From NCBI RefSeq assembly GCF_009914755.1, contig NC_060935.1: a DNA stretch of 64,000 nt; one strand, 5' to 3'. Made by a program: the position numbers and the translations under genes. The DNA comes from the human T2T-CHM13v2.0 reference genome, Homo sapiens. Positions 53,095-64,000 of this stretch are shown here, in pieces; the stretch's first letter is position 1, and every line of letters begins with the position of its first letter. The notes under the pieces were generated by a model that did no database searches, had not been told where the DNA came from, and worked only from the letters and a program-made list of their open reading frames with translations.

Positions 53095-56000
53095 GATGTT
53101 TTTTCTATTTTAAAATATTTAATTGGCAAATAAATATTGTATCTATTCAAGATGTATAATGCAATGATTTGATATATGTATACATTGTGTAACAATAACT
53201 GCAATCAAATTAATTAACCTATCCATCACACTCATGCTGTAAGTGAGATCCCCAGAACTTAGTCATATTGTAACATAAAGTTTGAAGTTGGACCAACATC
53301 TCCCCATTTTTTCTACACCCAGTGCCCAGAAACCACAGTTTTACTTTGCTTCTGTGGGTTGGACTTTATTAAAATTTCACATATAAACAAGATTATGCAG
53401 TTTTTGTCTTTCTTTGACTGGCTAAATATACTTATAACAATGTCTTCCAAACATTCACGTTGTCACAAATGACAGAATTTTCTTCCTTTCAAAGTCTGTA
53501 TGTATTATATTGTGTATACGTGTCACATTTTCTTTCTTCATTCAAACACTGTTGGACACCTAGGTTGATTCCTTATCTTAGCTATTGTGAATAATGCTGC
53601 AGTGAACCTGGGAGTGCAGATATCTCTTCAATACACTGATTTCAATTACTTGAGATTTGCACCAGAAGTAGGGTTGCTAGAGCATATGGTAATTCTATTT
53701 TTAGTGTTTAGAGAAACCTACACACTGTCTTCCATAATGGCCGTATTAATTAATATTCTCACCAACAGTGTACAGTTGTTCTCTTTGCTCCACATCTTGG
53801 CCAACACTTTTTACATTTCATTTTTTTGATAATTGTTATTATAACAGGTGTTGTCTTTTATCTTTTTGATACTAGTCATTCTAACAGTGATAAGATGATA
53901 TTTGTTTATAGTTTTTAGTTGCATTTCCATGATGATTAGTGATGTTGAACAGTTTTTCAGATATCTGTTAGCCATTTGTACATCTTCTTTCGAAAAATGT
54001 TTACTCAGGTTTTTGTCAGTCTTTAATGGGGATATTCGTTTTCTTGCCATTGAGTTGAGTTCCTTATACATTTTGGATATTATTTGCTTATCAAATGTAT
54101 GATTTGCAAATATTCTCTCTCAGTCTGTGGGTTGTGTCTTCACTCTGTTAATTGTTTGCTTTACTATGCAGAAGTTTTTAGTTTGATGCAATCTCATTTG
54201 TCTATTTTTGCTGTTGCTACTTTTGCTATGTTTCTGGGGTCACATCTAAAGACATCATTGCAAAGACCAATGTCGTGGATGTTTTTCCCTGTGTTTTATT
54301 CTATTAGTTTTACAGTTTCAGGTCTTACATTTAAGTTTTAATCAACTTTAAGTTATTTTTGTATATGGTATGAGATAAGGTCCAATTTCTTTATTCTGTG
54401 TGTGGATATCCAATTTTCCCAAGAACATTTATTGAAGAAACACTCCTTTCCCCATTGTGTATTCCTGGCATCTTTGTCAAAAATCAATTGATCATAAATG
54501 TGTGGATTTATTTCTGGGCTCTCTATTCTGTTTCACTGGTCTATGTGTCTATTTTTATTCCAGTACCATGTTGTTTTGATTACTATATCTTTGTAAGTCA
54601 TTTTGAAGTCAGGTAGTGTGATGCCTCCACTTTCGTTCTCTCTACTCCAGATTTCTTTGTCTATATGGCATCTTTTGTGATTCCATATGAACTTTAGAAC
54701 TTTTTTCCATGTATCTGAAAAATGCCATTGAAAATTTGAGGAGCATTGCATTGAATCTGCAGATTGATTTTTGTAGTACAGACATTTCAACAATATTAAT
54801 TCTTCCAATTTAAAAACATAGGCATCTTTCTATTTACTTGTGTCTTTTTCAATTTATTTCATCAATGTATTTCCATTTTCATTGTAGAGATCTTAAACCT
54901 CCTTGGGTAAATTTACTCCTAAGTATTTTTTGATGCTATTTTAAATGGGATTATTTTCTTAGTTTATTTTTCAGATAGTTCATTGTTAGTGCGTAGAAAC
55001 ACTCTTGATTTTTGCATACTGGTTTTGTATCCTCCGAATTTACTGAATTTATTTACTAGTTCAACAGTTTTTGGTGGGGTCTTTAGGATTTTCTTTTTTT
55101 TTTTTTTACTTTAAGTTTTAGGGTACATGCACAAAACGTGCAGCTTTGTTACCTATGTATACATGTGCCATGTTGGTGTGCTGCACCCATCAACTCATCA
55201 TTTAGCATTAGGTATATCTCCTAATGCTATCCCCCACTCCACAACAGGCCCTGGTGTGTGATGTTCCCTTTCCTGTGTCCAAGTGTTCTCATTGTTCAAT
55301 TCCCACCTATGAGTGAGAATATGCTGTGTTTGATTTTTTGTCCTTGGGATAGTTTGCTGAGAATGATGGTTTCCAGCTTCATCCATGTCCCTACAAAGGA
55401 CACAAACTCATCATTTTTTATGGCTGCATAGTATTCCATGGTGTTTATGTGCCACATTTTCTTAATCCAGTCTATCATTGTTGGACATTTGGATTGGTTC
55501 CAAGTCTTTGCTATTGTGAATAGTGCCGCAATAAACATACGTGTGCATGTGTCTTTGGATAATGTCAACAAACAGAAACAATTTCACTTCTTCCTTTCCT
55601 TTATGGATGCCTCATTTCTTTTTCTTCCCTACTTTTTTGGCTAGGACTCTAGTAGTATGTTGAATAGAGAGATGAAAGGGGCATCCTCATCCTGCTCTTG
55701 TTCTTAGAGAAAAACTTAATTTTTAACCATTAAGAATGATATTTGTTCTGGGTTTTTCATGTATGGCTTTTATTATTTTGAGGTAAATTTCTTCTATATC
55801 TGATTTGTTCAGAGTTCTTGTCATGAAAATATGTTCAATTTTGTCAAATGTCTTTACTGCATCTATTGAGATATTCAAATGGTGTTTTACTTCCACTTTA
55901 ATATAATATATTACATTTATGGATTTGTATATATTGAACCATTCTTGCACCCCAGGGATAAAGCCTACTTAATCTTGATGATTTTTTAATGTGCTGTGAA

Positions 56001-56170
56001 TTTAGTTTGCTAGTATTTTGTCAAGGGTTTTTGCCTCTATCTTCATAAGAATGTCTGCCTGTAATTTACTTTTCTTGTAGTCCCTTTGTCTGGCTTTGTA
56101 TTAGGATAGCGCTGGCTTCATAAAATGTTTTACAAGTAAGTATTCCCTCCTTTTCAATTTATTTTCAATC
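53095..56170 (-). mobile_element. L1MA-type 3' about 2.6 kb, interrupted by a young L1PA
   Basis: 3'UTR 'ttaattggcaaataaatattgtatctattcaagatgtataatg..atgatttgatatatgtatacattgtg' and degenerate ORF2 peptides at 53811-54071 and 55723-55950. Confidence 0.85.
55089..55556 (-). mobile_element. Short 5'-truncated L1PA (about PA4)
   Basis: T-tail, L1PA 3'UTR and ORF2 end peptide at 55296-55571. Confidence 0.9.
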
Positions 56171-56199
56171 TCTATCAGATACAGTATAGAAGTATATTA

Positions 56200-59100
56200 T
56201 GTTCACCTGCAAAGGATAGCGGTATACATTAAGTTTTGCCACAGGGATATTTTAAATTTCCTCTTCTCGTATATAGTACACTTTGAAACAAACTTGATTT
56301 CCTGGGCATTCTGCAAGAAATCATCATGCTAGTGAAAGGGAAAGTTGCCTGAACTAAAAATACACTCAAACATCTGAGATGTTGCAAATAGTTCGACTGG
56401 TTACTCAAATATCTGGAAAAAATGATTGGAAGATATGAGACAAAGAAACCTGGATAAGAAGTATGTGGATATAACTATGGGTATGTGCACAATGGGTGCA
56501 GACTGTTTTGTCTCATATCAATGTCAATGAATATTACCCCCTGTGGAAGTCACCGAACAGGTAGATGGGATGACTTGACCAGTTGATGGCAACCACCCTT
56601 TTTCTTCAACCACCTCAGTGCTAACACAGTGGATTCATGAACAACATAACCATGGTGGTAGGGATAGAAGCTACACAGAAATACAGCAGCATAGGCTTCC
56701 CTTGCCAAGGTTGATCAAACAGCCTCACTAATGCTGTTGATGTTGCTGTTGCTGAACATTCATCTTGCAATAGAAAGGCCTGATTCTGGGCCATCAATAT
56801 AATCCCATCCCTTGACTACCCCAACCCCTGAGCCACAGGTGTTAAGTTGATCATATCAGACTCCTTCCACATTGCAAGAAGCAATGTTTAGATCTCACTG
56901 GATTAACAAAATTTTTAGATAAGAATTTGCCTTTCCAGTCTGTGATGCTGTATTAGTCCACTTTCACACAGCTATAAAGAACTGCTTAAAACTGGGTAAT
57001 TTATTGAAGATAGCAGTTTAATCAACTCAGTTCTGCATGGCTGAGGAAGCCTCAGGAAACTTACAATCATGGTGAAAAAGGAAGCAAACAGGCCCTTCTT
57101 CACATGGTGGCAGAAGAGAGAAGTGCTGAGTAAAGGGGTAAAAGCCCCTTATGAAACTCAGATCTCATGAGAACTCACTCACTATCACAAGAACATCATG
57201 AGAGTAAGAACCCCCAAGATTCAATTACCTCCCACCAGGTTCCTCCCACTACATGTGGGGATTATGGAAACTACAATTCAAGATGAGATTTGGGTGGGGA
57301 CACAGCCAAACCATATCATTTCACCCCTGACCCTTCCCAAATCTCATGGCCTCACATTTCAAAACACAATCATGCCTTTCCAACAGTCCCCCAAAGTCTT
57401 AACTCATTCCAGGCTTAACCCAAAAGTCCAAGTCCGAAGTCTCATCTGAGACAACGCAAGTCTCTTCCATCTATGAGCCTGTAAAATCAAAAGCAAGTTA
57501 GTTACTTCCTAGAAACAATGGGTGTACAAGTATCAGGTAAATACACCTGTTCAAAATAGGAGAAATTGTACAAAGCAAATGGGCTACAGGCCCCATGCAT
57601 GTCTGAATTCCAATAGGCCAGTCATTAAACCTTAAAGTTCCAAAATGATCCTTTGACTCCATGTCTCACATCCAGGTCATGCTGATGCAAGAGGTGGGCT
57701 TTCATAATTTAGGCAGCTCTGCCTCTGGGGCTTTACAGGGTATAGCTCCCCTCCTGGCTGCTTTCATGGGCTGGCATTTCATGTCTACAGCTTTTCCAGG
57801 CACACAGTGCAAGCTGTCGGTGAATCTACTATTCTGGGATCTGGAGGATGGTAGCCCTCTTCTCACAGCTCCACTAGGTAGTGCACCAGTGAGGATTCTT
57901 TGTGGGGGCTCCATCCCCATGTGTCCCTTCCACATTGCCCTAACAGAGCTTCTCCATGAGGGCTCTGTCCTTACAGCAAACATCTATCTGGACATCCAGG
58001 CATTTCCTTACATCTTCTGAAATATAGGAAAGTGGTTTCCAAACCTCAATTCTTGACTTCTGTGCGTCTGCAGGCCCAACACCATGTGTAAACCACCAAG
58101 GCTTGGGGCTTGCACCCTCTGAAGCAATGGCCTGAGCTGTATATTGGTCCCTTTTAGCCATGGTTGGAGCAGTTGTGATGCAGGGCATCATGTCCCGAGG
58201 CTGCATAGAGTAGGGGGTCCCAGGGCCCAACCCATGAAACCATTTTTCCCTCTTAAGTCTCCTGGACAGTGATGGGAGGGGCTGCTGTAAAGGTCTCTGA
58301 TATAACCTGGAGACATTTTCCCTATTGTCTTGGCGATTAACATTTGGCTCCACGTTACTGATGCAAATTTCTGCAGTGGGCTTAAATTTCTCCGCCCCTC
58401 CCCTCCCCATGCCCCCAACCCCCCGCCCAGGAAATGGACTTTTCTTTTCTATTGCATTGTTGAGCTGCAAATTTTCCAAACTTTTATACTTTGCTCCATC
58501 TTGAACGCTTTGCTGCTTACAAATTTCTTCCACCAAATACCCTAAATCATCTCTCTTAAGTTCAAAGTTCCACAGATCTCTAAGGCAGGGACAAAATGCC
58601 ACTGGTCTCTTTGCTAAAGCATAGCAAGAGTCACCTTTGCTACAGTTCCCAAGAAGTTCCTCATCGCCTTAGCCTGGACTTCATTGTTCATACCACTATC
58701 AGCATTTTGGTTAAAGCCATTCAACAAGTCTCTAGGAAGTTCCAAACTTTCCCACATTTCCCTGTCTTCTGAGCCCTCCAAACTGTTCCAACCTCTGCCT
58801 GTTACCAGTTTCAAAGTTGCTTCCACAGTTCGGGTATCCTTATAGCAGCACCCCACTCTACCAGTACCAATTTACTGTATTCATTCATTCTCACACTGCT
58901 AATAAAGACATACCCAAGACTGAGTAATTTATAAAAGAAAGATAACACATCCTTATTCACATGGTGGCAGGAGAGAAAAGTGCCAAGCAAAGGGGAAAAT
59001 GCCCCTTATAAAACCATCGATCTCATGAGAATTCACTATCATGAGAACATCATGAGAGTACCTGCTCCCATGATTCAGTTACCTCCCACTGGGTCCCTCC

Positions 59101-59450
59101 CATGACATGTGGGGATTATTGGAATTACAATTCAAGATGAGATTTGGGTGGGGACACATTCAAACTATGTCAGATGCTTTGTCTATATTATAATTTGAAA
59201 GCTCACAGAGTGTCTAATATATTATCATGGGATTCCATCTAACATTATCTCAGACCAAGGGACATAGTTTATGATGAGAAAAGAGCAATAAGTATATGAC
59301 CATAAAATCAATATGGCTTCCTTCATGCCACATCACCCAGAAGCTACTAGCCAACTGAATGTTGGAATGGCCTTATGAGTAGTGCTAGGGTACACTTTGC
59401 AGGTGACACCTAGCATGATTGGTACACTGTTTTCCTGTATGTTCTACATA
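56200..59450 (+). mobile_element. Degenerate ERVL pol (RNaseH/integrase) split by a THE1 provirus
   Basis: WKI.DKE.W.R.MW near 56428; W.HEQ..HGGRD near 56630; after THE1, HGIP.NI.SDQGT near 59226 and PHHPEA near 59328. Confidence 0.7.
56949..59172 (-). mobile_element. Complete THE1 (C/D-type) provirus: LTR 56949-57318, internal region, LTR 58876-59172
   Basis: Two LTRs with TG...CA ends; THE1-int ORF remnant 57940-58602; perfect 5-bp TSD GATGC (56944-56948 and 59173-59177). Confidence 0.93.
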
Positions 59451-59899
59451 CTTTATTTCCTAAATCTCTCTTCAGAAACACCAAAGATAGGATAAACTTC
59501 TTCTCACTGACATTTACAATGGAACTGAGTTTTGTTTGTACATGTGTCTAAGTGTGAATGCATGTGCATATGACTGCTGTCATCTCCCTGAACACTGGAA
59601 CCCCCACACTATTTTAGCTGAACCCCTTTCATTGTGGACCTCACAAATATACATAATAAATCATATGACACAGGTTTCTATTAGTCATAATTCTTTCTGA
59701 GGATTGGATCTTTATTAGAACAAACTGTGTATTCCCCCTCCCTACACTGACTGTCAAAATTTTTTTGTACAAACAGAAAAAAAAACTAATTATATATATA
59801 GTTTTTTCAAATACAAGTTTTTAAAAGTTTTGTAGCATATTATTGTCAGCTACATCAGGAAGATAAACAAAGAGTGGGACACACCAGTTAAAGTGGTCA

Positions 59900-60430
59900 G
59901 CTATCAATTAATCTAAGCCTTAGTTTTCTTGTTCTATAAAACAGAAAGGATAATAGTATCTGTTTTATACTATTATAACAATAATTAAAGGAGGGAACTT
60001 ATGTAAAAACCCTAGTTTGTTGCCAAATAGCAAGTTGTCAATAAGTGTTAGCGATCATTAAAGTTAATTCAATTAGAAAAGAAGTAGAAAAACCAGAGCT
60101 GGAAGAAACTTTGCAAAACATGTTTAACATCATGGTCAAATCCTAGCTCTGCCATTTAACAAACAAATTACTTGCTCTCTCTTTGCCACATTTTCCTTAA
60201 TTGCAAGTGGATATAATTGTTTGGCTTAAGTCCTATAACACATCTGAAGTATTTAAAAAATATATTGTAATCATAAAAAAAATTAGGCTACCATGATCAA
60301 TATTTTTGGCTTCTTTGCAAATGAGAAAAACACCACCCACAGTAGTTATGAGTAGCCCAAAATCACAGAGCAAGTTACTCTCATTTTTGGAACTAGAACC
60401 CATTCCTTCTGATTCCCATCCTAGTGCAAA
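59900..60430. mobile_element. Cluster of MIR remnants
   Basis: 'ctaagccttagttttcttgttctataaaacag..ggataatagtatct', 'tcaaatcctagctctgccattt', 'gactagaaccc..tccttctgattcc'. Confidence 0.5.
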
Positions 60431-63400
60431 AATGTCTGGGAGCTTACTAAGATCCCAGGAGCAGAAAACTGGAATGGTAGTCTAGATTCAGCAGCTTTTG
60501 AAACCTCGTCAATGACAAGAAAAGACCAAGAGGTGGCAGCACGTCCACATACAAAGAGGTCGGCTATATTGCTTTCCTGTCAGCAAATTCTTTCCTCTTC
60601 CTGCCGAAATATAACAGAAAACCTGACACTCAGCCGTTAATATCTTGACCATGCCACAGTATCTCCTTTTCTTGTGTGAGCTTCTAATATCCTAATTATG
60701 AACTTTGTTACCAACTCAGAACAGAATGTCTCACAACAGTTTTGCTCCTGAAATCCTTATTGTTAGTTGACTTGCAGAACCAAAAACAACCATGACAAAT
60801 TTAAAAAGCATCATTGCACCTAGCATTTACCGATTAAATCATTCTAGTGTTTATCAAGTAGCAAATGTTACCATATGTTTTGTAGGTAGTTCACTAGGGA
60901 AAGTTAAGATGCCTCATCTCCACCCCGACAGCCTCCTCCCACCCAAAACAAATCTTTGAAATAAAAGGAAATTAAGATTGCTCATTCTGAGGTTAGAACC
61001 ACAAATGAGTGTAAAATAATTGGGAACAATATACAAAGTCGCTTTTGAAATATCTGTTTTATTACACTGGGTGGCAATAAGACCAAATTCTTTCTTTATC
61101 TAAATTAGAGCAGATCCATTAGAAGAGGAGTTTGCTGAATGGAACCACGAAAAAAAAAAAATCTCTGAAAACACAGTAAGGAGTAAGCAGAAAATGGAGT
61201 AGGGAACTCTGCAGTGTCAATCTTATGGCAGCCTAGCCAGATGCCACTAATATTCCCTTCTCATGTCATGTTCACCAACCAAGCTTCAAATCAGCATATG
61301 GCACCCCCCCGCAATAAAGCCTCTCCCCAAGAAGCCAGAATGAATCAGGCCCACGTGAGTGTCCCTGCCCAAGAAAAATACATTTCTAACGAAACCTGGC
61401 ACTCCACTACTATGTATCATTCTCTTGCGAGCTTTGGGGGGACTTTTAGGTATCATCTTGGATATTCTTTGGCTGAATTCAGTACCCATAAATCCAATTG
61501 CCCTTGAGACCAAGATTCTGTACTTGAAAACCTAATTAGATCCTGGACTATATTTATCCAAAGTAAATTTTTTTCAGATCTCTTGGCAACCACGAAGCTT
61601 CCTCGCATGACACCTAAAGTCTATGGGACTTACCTTTCATACATCAACTTATCTGCTTTGGGCGTATTCAGTTTTCTTACAAATACGCTCTTATTTTTGT
61701 CCTCTGCCAGGATGGAAATAAAGGTCACTCGCCTACTTCATAGACTTTATGATGGCTACTAATTTGCCATGTAGTCTCTTTCTCAGCCTTATGGGCAATC
61801 AGACAATTGGATGATATCAGAAAGAATACCAAGTCAATGGGGTAAGTATATTCCAGGAGGAACCAAATATGCTGTAATATTGTTTTAGGCCAAATACAAT
61901 GACAACTGAAAATGTCACTCTTTTTTTTTCCCAGTTCAAATGTGACTTGTTAATCTTTCATGTACAACTCCTTCCTTCCATTTGCCAAGACAGTGAAAGG
62001 TGACTGATCTCACTGATTTCACACAAAGCACTTCTTTCTAGTTAAGTGTATCTGGGTGAATTATGTATTCATGGTCACATGAAATATTCAACTGACAGAG
62101 ACACCAGAGATTATGGAATTCAACCTTTTATTTTGCAAATAAGGAAATGAAAATTTCACACAAGCAACCTGACTCATGGTCATGCAGCTATTTGGTGGCA
62201 GAGCTTTAGACTGACTATCATGCCATGGTGGCCACCTGTGCCATGCTAAAAATAACCTCAATAAAAATAATAATGAGATTTCACTTAGGGTAGAATTGAC
62301 CCCAACTTAAACTAGATGAATATTCACTGACATTTCCGGGTTCCAAAGTGGATTTATGGTCAAAAGAATCTATGTGTCTCCATTTGAAGTTTCTCTGAAA
62401 GTCCCTGGTGCCCCCACTAAAAACATATGCAAACACTTGAGTTACCTAGAGTCTGTCAACATGTGACATGCCACGATTAAAATAGCATTACTTTAGCTTA
62501 AGGTTTTATCCATTGTTACATTTGGAATACAACTACACCTGTGAGATAATGTTGCCAGTCGGTCAACACTTGAATAACTCTTCAAAGTAAAAGAACTTCT
62601 TTATCTATAAAGAGCTAGTTGTTAATTCATTGACTTCTTTGATAATGCATTTAAAGAGTTCCTGCTCTTATAAGACAGGGCTAAGAATTAGAAATGAGTA
62701 AGACGGGACTTCTGTTTTCACAGATTTCACAGTCTATCAGGTGAGAGAATGATTTAATAGGATGTGATGCGTCATAGCAGTTTTGTAAAAACACAGTCTT
62801 GTAGCTGCAGAGGGCTGGAAACTAATTTTATTTAATGAAAATGGGGTAGAAAAGAATTAGGGAAGTCTCTTAGAGCAATCCACAGAAGGCATTGATGGGA
62901 GGATATTAGAAAAATTATGAGGGTATTCTATATCTAAGGGGAATGAGGAGAAGACAGTGAGAAAGAGGAGAATCAAAAGCCAGATATCTGGCTTACTTAA
63001 AGCCTGACTTTCTCAATTGCCATTTGATCAAGTCCAGCTAGACCTAAGACAATTTAGATGAGTTGAAAAAAATATATAGACCTTTTACTGTATCACATTC
63101 CAGAGTGAACACAAAACTAACATGATGCATCAATACACAGGGCTGAACAACTGAAACGACTCATGAGACTCCACAGAGTACAGTCTTAATAAAGTAAAGG
63201 ATACTCTAAAGTAGGTGGGGGGAAAGCACAGAAAACCTCAGAAAAGTCCAAGACCTTCAGACCCAGCTTCCAGGATCATTTCTCAATTGATTAGGATGCG
63301 ATTTTAATCTGAATCATGAACTACTAAGATATATACAAGAAAACTTGAGCTCTGGAGAATCACAGTCTTGTCCAAGGAGTGGTCTTTCATATCTGTCTGG

Positions 63401-64000
63401 TCTCATAACCAAAACTGGGCTGCATGACAAAAGCGAACAGAAGAAACGAAGAGAACATAGTAGAAACTAGGTAAAAAACACCAATCTGGAATTTTTTGTT
63501 GTTTTTTTAATGAACAAAGCTAATAAACTACTACAGATCTCTCACTTGGCCTGTCTCAGGTCCTAGCACAGGAATATTTGTCACCAGTTAGTTGAGCTTA
63601 TTCTGATTTGGCTAAGGTTCCAGCAGTGTCTCCAGGAATCTCTGGAAATAAGTCAGTCCTCCCTCCAGACAACAATGGCTCCAAGCATCCCTGGAAATAA
63701 ACATAGGATTGCAGTAGACCAGCTAAGATTAATCTTGTATTTATGTATATAACAGCGCTTCCTCAAACCAGAAGAAGACAATTAAGAATTAAACAGTTAA
63801 AACAAAGACAGAAACAGTATATTTGGCTCCATTTCCACTCTTCATCCCTACCTTCCCCCCCATTCAAATATTTCCCTTTCAGCCTTTATCGGGACTCAGA
63901 ATGTGTCTGAAATCTTCTTGAACTCCAGCTTCAATTGAGACTGATTCCTGCTCTTTCTCCTGGAGCCAGAGTTAGTTGTGAGAATCACCAATACCCAACT

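Noticed and set aside
57940-58602. 220-aa ORF as a novel protein
   Set aside because: It is a degenerate THE1/MaLR internal ORF; the same applies to the ORFs at 43317-44527.

Overview
Primate (most likely human) genomic DNA, AT-rich and mostly interspersed repeats. It is part of an olfactory-receptor cluster containing three minus-strand family-5 (OR5G-like) loci. (1) A heavily decayed pseudogene at 7895-10163 is split by a young L1PA; probably OR5G4P. (2) A three-frameshift pseudogene lies at 20957-21895; probably OR5G5P. (3) A nearly intact gene at 38698-39650 is broken by one missing base; it resembles OR5G3 as I remember it. Gene names come from recognition and gene order, not from a search. 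The rest is nested L1PA/L1PB/L1M, Alu, MaLR (THE1/MST/MLT), ERVL/LTR16, MER11, LTR19-like, Tigger2 and HSMAR1 elements. The most unusual signals are two small-RNA fragments that lie ANTISENSE to the poly(A)/L1 body of their insertions. One is the first 25 nt of tRNA-Glu at the 5' junction of the L1 inside the first OR pseudogene (9256-9280). The other is U2 snRNA nt 11-55 next to an oppositely oriented poly(A) (30140-30208). Both fit second-strand (twin) priming in trans on small RNAs. Other notable points are three L1PA copies with nearly the same 5' breakpoint, a likely L1 3' transduction, a promoter footprint conserved between two OR paralogues, an ancient tandem duplication unit (OR + promoter + LTR16/ERVL) and a strong CTCF motif. 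Repeat boundaries and subfamily names were assigned by eye and are approximate. I found no intact novel protein-coding system.
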